Shown piece by piece: positions 59,010 to 64,000 of a stretch of DNA of 64,000 nucleotides. Below the pieces are notes generated by a model that saw nothing but the letters and a program-made list of their open reading frames with translations, made no database searches and was not told where the DNA came from. Numbering within the stretch: the stretch's first letter is position 1; every line of letters starts with the position of its first letter. Made by a program: the position numbers and the translations under genes. Source of the stretch: an uncultured Phycisphaerales bacterium (GTDB lineage: Bacteria > Planctomycetota > Phycisphaerae > Tepidisphaerales > Tepidisphaeraceae); contig CAVWVQ010000003.1 of the NCBI GenBank assembly GCA_963758525.1, positions 2,368,001 through 2,432,000 on the forward strand, given 5' to 3'.

Positions 59010-60554
59010 TCAGCTCAAATGCCGCAATTGCCGCTTGGGAAGTCGACCGACTGGCGTCGAGCGGCGGGCGGATATCGCAGCCTCCGGCAACCAGGGCCGG
59101 AGAAAATCGGGGCAGTCGCTTCGGCCGCCACGCTGGTAGTCGTTCCAAAGGGTCTGCGCAATCAGGGCCGGATCGAGATGCGCTTCGTTGCGCAGATAAG
59201 TGGCCACGGACTCAGCAAGATGTTGCAGGGAAATGCCATGCTGGCGGCCGAACTTCCGGGAGAGCCAGTCGCTGAAGTTGAGAAAATGGTGGAAGGGAGA
59301 GCCGCTGGTCCAGAGGAGCGGCGTGGTGTCGATGAAGTTGCCGCTGTTGGCAACCAGGTCCCAATAGCGCGAGAACCGGCGGAGGCGCTGCATGGTCGGG
59401 AAGTCGATGCTCGCGGTTTGCAGGATTTCATAGGGGGGAGTCGGACTGTAGACCATGCCCCACTGGGCATCGTGACGCACGATCGGGGTGCCGCGGAGGC
59501 GCTTCAGCAGGCCGACCTGGATCTCGTGGGGGGCGAGGCGGATCAGTCGATCGAAGCCGACGCCGAAGCTTTCGAGGTCTTCGCCGGGAAGGCCGACGAT
59601 CAGATCGGCGTGGATGTAGACGCCGGTTTCCTTGCGAAGAAAACGCAGGTTCTCTTCGACTTTGGCGTTGTCCTGACGGCGGCTGATTCTTGCCGCGACG
59701 TCGTCATTGAATGTCTGAATTCCCACTTCGAACTGTAGCGCGCCGCGCGGGAACCGTGCGATCGGCTCTCGCAACGCGCTGGGCAGGCGATCGGGGATCA
59801 TCTCGAAGTGCAGAAACAAGCCGGGCTCGTAACGCTCGTGAAAGAATTCCAGAATCGCGCGGCCAATCGAGAGATTGAGGTTGAACGTGCGGTCGACGAA
59901 TTTGAAGCGGCGGAGTCCGCGATCGAGCAGGCGCTGCATCTGCGCCAGGAACAAGTCAACTGGCACGTTCCGCACGGGAACGTCGAGCGAGGAGAGACAG
60001 AACTCGCAGCGAAACGGGCAGCCGCGCGAGGCTTCGACGTAGACCACGCGATGAGCCAGGTCCTGTTCGTCGTACAAGTCGTACGGCAGGGCGAGCTGCG
60101 TAAACTGCGGGAGCGAGGCCGCTATGATTTTGCGCTCGGGGCGCTCGCCATCGAGCAGTCGCTGACAGAGTTCCGCGAACGCGAGGTCCGCTTCGCCGGT
60201 GACGACGTAATCGGCAAGGCGGACAATTTCCTGCTGATCCGTTTCGTGGCTGACTTCCGGCCCGCCAAGAACGACGAGCACGTCGGGGCGGATACGTTTC
60301 AGATCGGCCACTAGCTGCGTGGCCGGGGCGACGTTCCAGATGTAGACGCCGATTCCCACGACTTTCGGATCGAACGCGAGAATTTTTTCGAGGATGTCGA
60401 CCGACCGCTGGCTGACGTCAAACTCAGCGAGCGACGCCCGTGCGCGCAGCGGGCCAAGGTTGGCCAGCAAATATCGCAAGCCGAACGCGGCATGAGCGTA
60501 CTTGGCGTTGAGGGTGGTGAGGACGATGTCCCGTTGACTGCAATCGCCGTCCAT
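59010..60554 (-). CDS. B12-binding radical SAM protein (DUF4080 type)
   Basis: [32 protein letters not shown] (CxxxCxxC), [19 protein letters not shown]. Confidence 0.93.
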   Translation of the reverse strand: MDGDCSQRDIVLTTLNAKYAHAAFGLRYLLANLGPLRARASLAEFDVSQRSVDILEKILAFDPKVVGIGVYIWNVAPATQLVADLKRIRPDVLVVLGGPEVSHETDQQEIVRLADYVVTGEADLAFAELCQRLLDGERPERKIIAASLPQFTQLALPYDLYDEQDLAHRVVYVEASRGCPFRCEFCLSSLDVPVRNVPVDLFLAQMQRLLDRGLRRFKFVDRTFNLNLSIGRAILEFFHERYEPGLFLHFEMIPDRLPSALREPIARFPRGALQFEVGIQTFNDDVAARISRRQDNAKVEENLRFLRKETGVYIHADLIVGLPGEDLESFGVGFDRLIRLAPHEIQVGLLKRLRGTPIVRHDAQWGMVYSPTPPYEILQTASIDFPTMQRLRRFSRYWDLVANSGNFIDTTPLLWTSGSPFHHFLNFSDWLSRKFGRQHGISLQHLAESVATYLRNEAHLDPALIAQTLWNDYQRGGRSDCPDFLRPWLPEAAISARRSTPVGRLPKRQLRHLS

Positions 60555-60906
60555 CCCCGTTTTTTGAGATGACTGTTCGCAATGGGGAGTTGTCGCGAGT
60601 ATGTCCGGCACACGGGAAAGTATAGTGAGATTTTATGAGCGGTGCATTGGAAACCCCCGGTATGCGCACGGAGTCCGGCGACAAATCGCTCGGCCCTGCC
60701 TGGCGCGACTTCGATAAGCCCTGCCGCGTTCGGCAGTGCGCTTACTGCTTTTGATGACTGCGCGAGGAGATATTTCACGTTCGCAGTCGAACCTGGAAGT
60801 CGAGCGATTGCGTGGGAATTTCCAGCCTCCCGCCAGCGCGGAGCCGAGCGACTTATCGCCGGACCCCGTGCGCCCGTCATTTGCGGATTCGAGCGGCGCG
60901 GGACGC

Positions 60907-63900
60907 TCAATTCGGGCATCCGATGTACACAAACGGCGCCCAGAAAAACGGCTCCGGCCGTTTCGCGCGCAGCTCCTTGCGAACCTCCACAAACGCCTGC
61001 AACGGCGTTGCGTTTTGCAGGCGCTGATACAAATGCCCCATCATTTGCGCGGTGCTGGCGTCGTCCACTTCCCAAAGGCTCGCAATCACCGCCGGGCTGC
61101 CCGCGTACATGAAACCCCACGGCAGACCGAAGACGCCCTCGCCTCCCGATGTATCGCGGCTGTCGCCGACGCTGTCGCAGGCGCTGAGCACCACCAACTG
61201 CGCATCGGCCAGCTTGCCCCACCAATTATCAAACAAATCCGCCAACGTGAGGAAGCCGGTGTCCTGCTGTGTTGGCACCATCGGCTCGGTCAGCGCGACG
61301 CTGCTATACACTGCCCGGTCGCCATGCTCCATCAGGCCATGCGTCGCCAGATGCACATAGCGAGCGCCAGCCGCGGCAGAGGACAGCCGCTGGTTGGTGG
61401 CGTCTTCTCCCAGCAGCACCACGATGGATCCGGGTGTATCACCGGGAACCTGCGCCGCGTAAGAATGACCAGCCAGCGTCTGGTAGATCGTCTCCACTTC
61501 CACCCGCGTCCCCGGCAGCGATGGCAGCGCGCCGTTCGCGTAGCCTCCACGCAGCGCGCTTGCCATCTCCGATCCCACATCGGGAACGTGGCCGGCGCTG
61601 GCAACGGCGTGTCCTTGAGCACTCTGCGCCGTGATTCCCACTTTTCCGTCCAGCGGCATCGCGGGACTCAGCCATTGCCCGTCGCGCCAGAATCGAATGA
61701 TCGGCATGGGAAGGCTCGGATCGTCGGCATGGGCCAGGAGCAGTTGAGCCCGCGCCTGCTGGAACTGTTCCATTGAAATGACGCGGTGGCCGTCGAGCGA
61801 GACAATCACGCAGCCGGGCGCGAGCCCGATTCGCTGGCCGATGGACCCGGGTTTCACGTCATTGACGAGGACTCCCTGAGCCGGCGCCGCGACGACTGGC
61901 TGCGCCCTGCGCTGAAAAATCCCATCCCCCAGCAACACCGCCTGACGGGATGGCCCATGCCCGGCGGCGAATCGCTCCACTTGCTCCCGATGCGCTTTGA
62001 GCCGATTGACCAGCACCGTCGCCGACGGCCCATACGCCAGCGGCGGGCCGTCATCCAGCCAGTAGTGACGCTGGGCAACGCTCTCCGTCGACACGGGCGC
62101 TGACACCAGCAGCGTTTCCAGGGGCAAGCGGTCCAGGGCGCCATCGGGAACGACGTATGTTAATTCTGCCGGCCGAAGTTGGTCCCAGACATCCTTCGGC
62201 ACCAGCGCCTGAAACAGCTCATATCCCAGGTTGGTTTGAGATGGCTGAGTCGCAGCCTGCGCGCGCTCCTCCGGCGCAAGCCTCGCGCCTCGCACCGACT
62301 GGCCCTCGCGCAGGATGGTGGACAGATATCGGATCACCGCCTCCCGCAGTGAAGCGGCATCGACATTTCTGCCATCCGCCCAGTGCAAGGGTCGGCCGAT
62401 GATCGGGGCGCCCGGCGGACCGACGAGAAATACATCTGCCCCGACATCCGAGACACTGAAGACCAACATTCGCTGCGACGGCCCGAGCGACGCTTGAATC
62501 TGATCGGCCGACAGCGGCTTGATGTCGGCCGCGCCGTGCTCGGCGGCGAGGTTGTACACCACGCGCTGTGCCGCCAGGCAGGCGTCCTCGTCGCTGCCCA
62601 GTGCTTTCTCGCAATCCGCCAGGCGTGACGCCTCGGCTGAATTGCCGATCAACTTGTTGAGGATGGCCCGCGTCTGCGCCATGCGATCCTCCGCGGCGGC
62701 AAAGTCCGCCTGCGCCTGGTCGATCTGTGCAACCAGCGCCAAATCGCCCGAGGCCTGCGCCTTTTTTCTCGCGGCTCCCAGCACGTCGCCGCCCTGCAAG
62801 CGGTCGCCCCGCTCAAGCGTATCCAGCAAGCTGCGGCTTCTGCCTCGCTCAAGATATTCCAGCGCCAGATCCGCGCGTCCAAGCTGCAGTTGCGCCGTCA
62901 CCATTCCCCGGAATGGCCCCAGCTTCTGCTCGGCAAGGCTGAAGAACTTCATTCGATCCTGATCCGTGCCGCCAAATGACAATCGCACCTGCTCGAGCCC
63001 TTCGATGGCAGTTTTGAATGATTCCACGGCCTTTTCCGGTTGCCGCTGGTCCAGTTGCAGCCGGCCGAGCTGACTGGCGTATCGACACCCCTCCACGGCG
63101 TGCAGCCGCTGCGCGATGGACAGGGCTTGCGCGAGGTCAGCGGCGGCCTCCGAGTTACGGCCAAGCGCCTCCAGGGTGACGGCCATATTGCTCAGCGCCA
63201 TCGCCACGCCCGGATGGTCACTTTTTCCAAGAAGCCGCTGCACGATGGCAAGCGATTGCTCGTGTACGGGCAATGCTTCTTTTGGGCGGCCAAGTTCATC
63301 CAGGCAATAGCCAATATTGCCCATGGCCAGGGCCAGGCCGGGAACCTCGGTGCCGCCGGCGAGTCGTTGTCCCATCGCAAGGGCTTCCTGGAATTTCGCC
63401 AGCGCTTCCTCCGTGCGGCCGACGTTGTGCAGGCAGCACGCAAGATTGTTCAGGCCGACCGCCATTTCGGCATTGTCCTTTTTGCCGCACAGCCGGTACC
63501 CCATCGCCATCGCCTGCTCCATTTTCGGCAATGCCTCATCAAAGCGGCCAAGAGCCTGCAGGCACATGGCAAGGTCTTCCAGTCCCAGTGCCGTGTCGCC
63601 GGTATCGCTATCACCATAGAGACGATGCTCAATGGCAAGGGCCTGCTCAATTTTGGGGTATGCTTCCGCCGCGCGGCCAAAACCCTCCAGGATCTGGGCC
63701 AGAAGCACCAGGCTTCTGGCCACTTCGATATCGTCCTTTCCGCCACTGAGCCGCTGGCACATCGCCAGTGCCTGCTCAGCTTTGGGCAGTGCGTCCGCGC
63801 GGTGGCCCAATACAAACAGCAGCAGCGACACATTCCTCAGACTTTGCGCTACGGCAATGTTGTCCTTATCACCGGCAATTCGTTGCCGAATACCCAAAAC

Positions 63901-64000
63901 GCGTTGGTGCACCGCGAGCGCTTCCGTCCAGCGGCCAAGCGAGTAAAGACAGCCCGCATAATCCGTCATGCCAATCGCAAAGTTCGGATCATCCTTCGCG
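60907..64000 (-). CDS. TPR-CHAT (caspase-like) protease with an inserted PDZ domain; 5' end outside the window
   Basis: 42-aa TPR units, 'ERGRSRSLLD', VPDG.L..LP.E.L, LPGT..EV, HLATHG, LVVLSACDS, ASLWEV.D, PFFWAPF. Confidence 0.93.
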   Translation of the reverse strand, partial: AKDDPNFAIGMTDYAGCLYSLGRWTEALAVHQRVLGIRQRIAGDKDNIAVAQSLRNVSLLLFVLGHRADALPKAEQALAMCQRLSGGKDDIEVARSLVLLAQILEGFGRAAEAYPKIEQALAIEHRLYGDSDTGDTALGLEDLAMCLQALGRFDEALPKMEQAMAMGYRLCGKKDNAEMAVGLNNLACCLHNVGRTEEALAKFQEALAMGQRLAGGTEVPGLALAMGNIGYCLDELGRPKEALPVHEQSLAIVQRLLGKSDHPGVAMALSNMAVTLEALGRNSEAAADLAQALSIAQRLHAVEGCRYASQLGRLQLDQRQPEKAVESFKTAIEGLEQVRLSFGGTDQDRMKFFSLAEQKLGPFRGMVTAQLQLGRADLALEYLERGRSRSLLDTLERGDRLQGGDVLGAARKKAQASGDLALVAQIDQAQADFAAAEDRMAQTRAILNKLIGNSAEASRLADCEKALGSDEDACLAAQRVVYNLAAEHGAADIKPLSADQIQASLGPSQRMLVFSVSDVGADVFLVGPPGAPIIGRPLHWADGRNVDAASLREAVIRYLSTILREGQSVRGARLAPEERAQAATQPSQTNLGYELFQALVPKDVWDQLRPAELTYVVPDGALDRLPLETLLVSAPVSTESVAQRHYWLDDGPPLAYGPSATVLVNRLKAHREQVERFAAGHGPSRQAVLLGDGIFQRRAQPVVAAPAQGVLVNDVKPGSIGQRIGLAPGCVIVSLDGHRVISMEQFQQARAQLLLAHADDPSLPMPIIRFWRDGQWLSPAMPLDGKVGITAQSAQGHAVASAGHVPDVGSEMASALRGGYANGALPSLPGTRVEVETIYQTLAGHSYAAQVPGDTPGSIVVLLGEDATNQRLSSAAAGARYVHLATHGLMEHGDRAVYSSVALTEPMVPTQQDTGFLTLADLFDNWWGKLADAQLVVLSACDSVGDSRDTSGGEGVFGLPWGFMYAGSPAVIASLWEVDDASTAQMMGHLYQRLQNATPLQAFVEVRKELRAKRPEPFFWAPFVYIGCPN

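Overview
GC-rich bacterial DNA, most likely a Planctomycete (Phycisphaerae-like). This rests on an 'IEALESRTLLS' LEPR-XLL export motif, a PVC-type heme CxxCH dehydrogenase, many secreted glycoside hydrolases and REP-like palindromes. Many genes carry 1-2 nt frameshifts that look like long-read basecalling errors, and nearly all of these sit on GCGC. Contents in order: a putative toxin/DUF2283-like pair, a candidate C-loop small RNA and a P450 (0-2.8 kb). An atypical Kdp K+-ATPase locus with no KdpE: an NtrC-type activator, a sigma54 promoter with enhancer repeats, a HAMP/PAS kinase, two receiver-TPR proteins, a small peptide plus kdpFABC, and a soluble KdpD-N/Usp/PTS-EIIA fusion (3.4-16.8 kb). 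tRNA-Leu(GAG) with a REP-flanked tyrosine-transposase relic. A PVC heme dehydrogenase plus ThuA. A decaying glycan-utilisation region with four GH2 genes, GH29, GH2 and esterase relics, a nested MITE, and a GH88-SDR-eda-oxidoreductase-isomerase operon (22.8-43 kb). Restriction-modification/DUF3800 relics, a giant TPR-C39 peptidase, two PaaK-like ligases, a cNMP-TrxB protein, and a triuret/biuret hydrolase plus permease behind a sigma54 promoter. Two DUF2294 (MpsC) paralogues separated by a structured attenuator-like leader. A B12 radical SAM enzyme and a TPR-CHAT protease with an inserted PDZ domain. The strongest novelty candidates are the DUF2294 attenuator RNA and the sigma54/PTS-wired Kdp regulatory system. 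All family calls come from motif recognition by eye; no database searches were run.
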